DNA from: Eledone cirrhosa
Lineage: Eukaryota
Length of the DNA stretch: 64,000 bases
Reading direction: 5' to 3'
NCBI GenBank assembly: GCA_964016885.1
Contig: OZ024740.1
Span: 71,858,001-71,922,000 of the forward strand
Part shown: positions 63,892 to 64,000 of the stretch, one piece after another
Numbering within the stretch: position 1 is the first letter of the stretch
Layout: each line of letters starts with the position of its first letter
Notes under the pieces: generated by a model
What the model was told of the DNA's origin: nothing
What the model saw: the letters and a program-made list of their open reading frames with translations, nothing else
Database searches by the model: none
Program-made: the position numbers and the translations under genes

Positions 63892-64000
63892 GTATGTATA
63901 TATTTATACAGATAGATGTTAAACGATGATGATGATGATATATATATATGTATTTACATATATATTCATATATAAATATATATTATAAAAATGAGTCAAT

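Overview
This is AT-rich, repeat-dense animal genomic DNA. The SINE and LINE families suggest a mollusc, probably an octopod cephalopod (inference). No recognisable host protein-coding gene is present, only weak candidate minus-strand exons. The window is a mosaic of nested transposons, usually separated by (TA)n tracts: several RTE-clade LINE families (APE endonuclease plus RT with an inserted PHD-like finger, (ATG)n tails), BovB-like, CR1-like, CRE-like and R4/Dong-like fragments, two tRNA-derived SINE families (Nin-like and CORE-like domains), a 2.2-kb non-autonomous LTR element with a tRNA-Trp PBS, hAT and piggyBac-like MITEs, and micro/minisatellites. The least obvious signal is a dense set of minimal type I hammerhead ribozyme motifs: nine with an intact CUGANGA/GAAA/UH core plus several decayed ones. 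They sit in short, mostly non-coding, (TA)n-bounded segments that often form inverted repeats, including a perfect 340-bp palindrome with a ribozyme in each arm. One lies downstream of a Penelope-type GIY-YIG ORF, which points to a diverse population of non-autonomous Penelope/retrozyme-like elements. All calls were made by eye, and coordinates of decayed elements are approximate.
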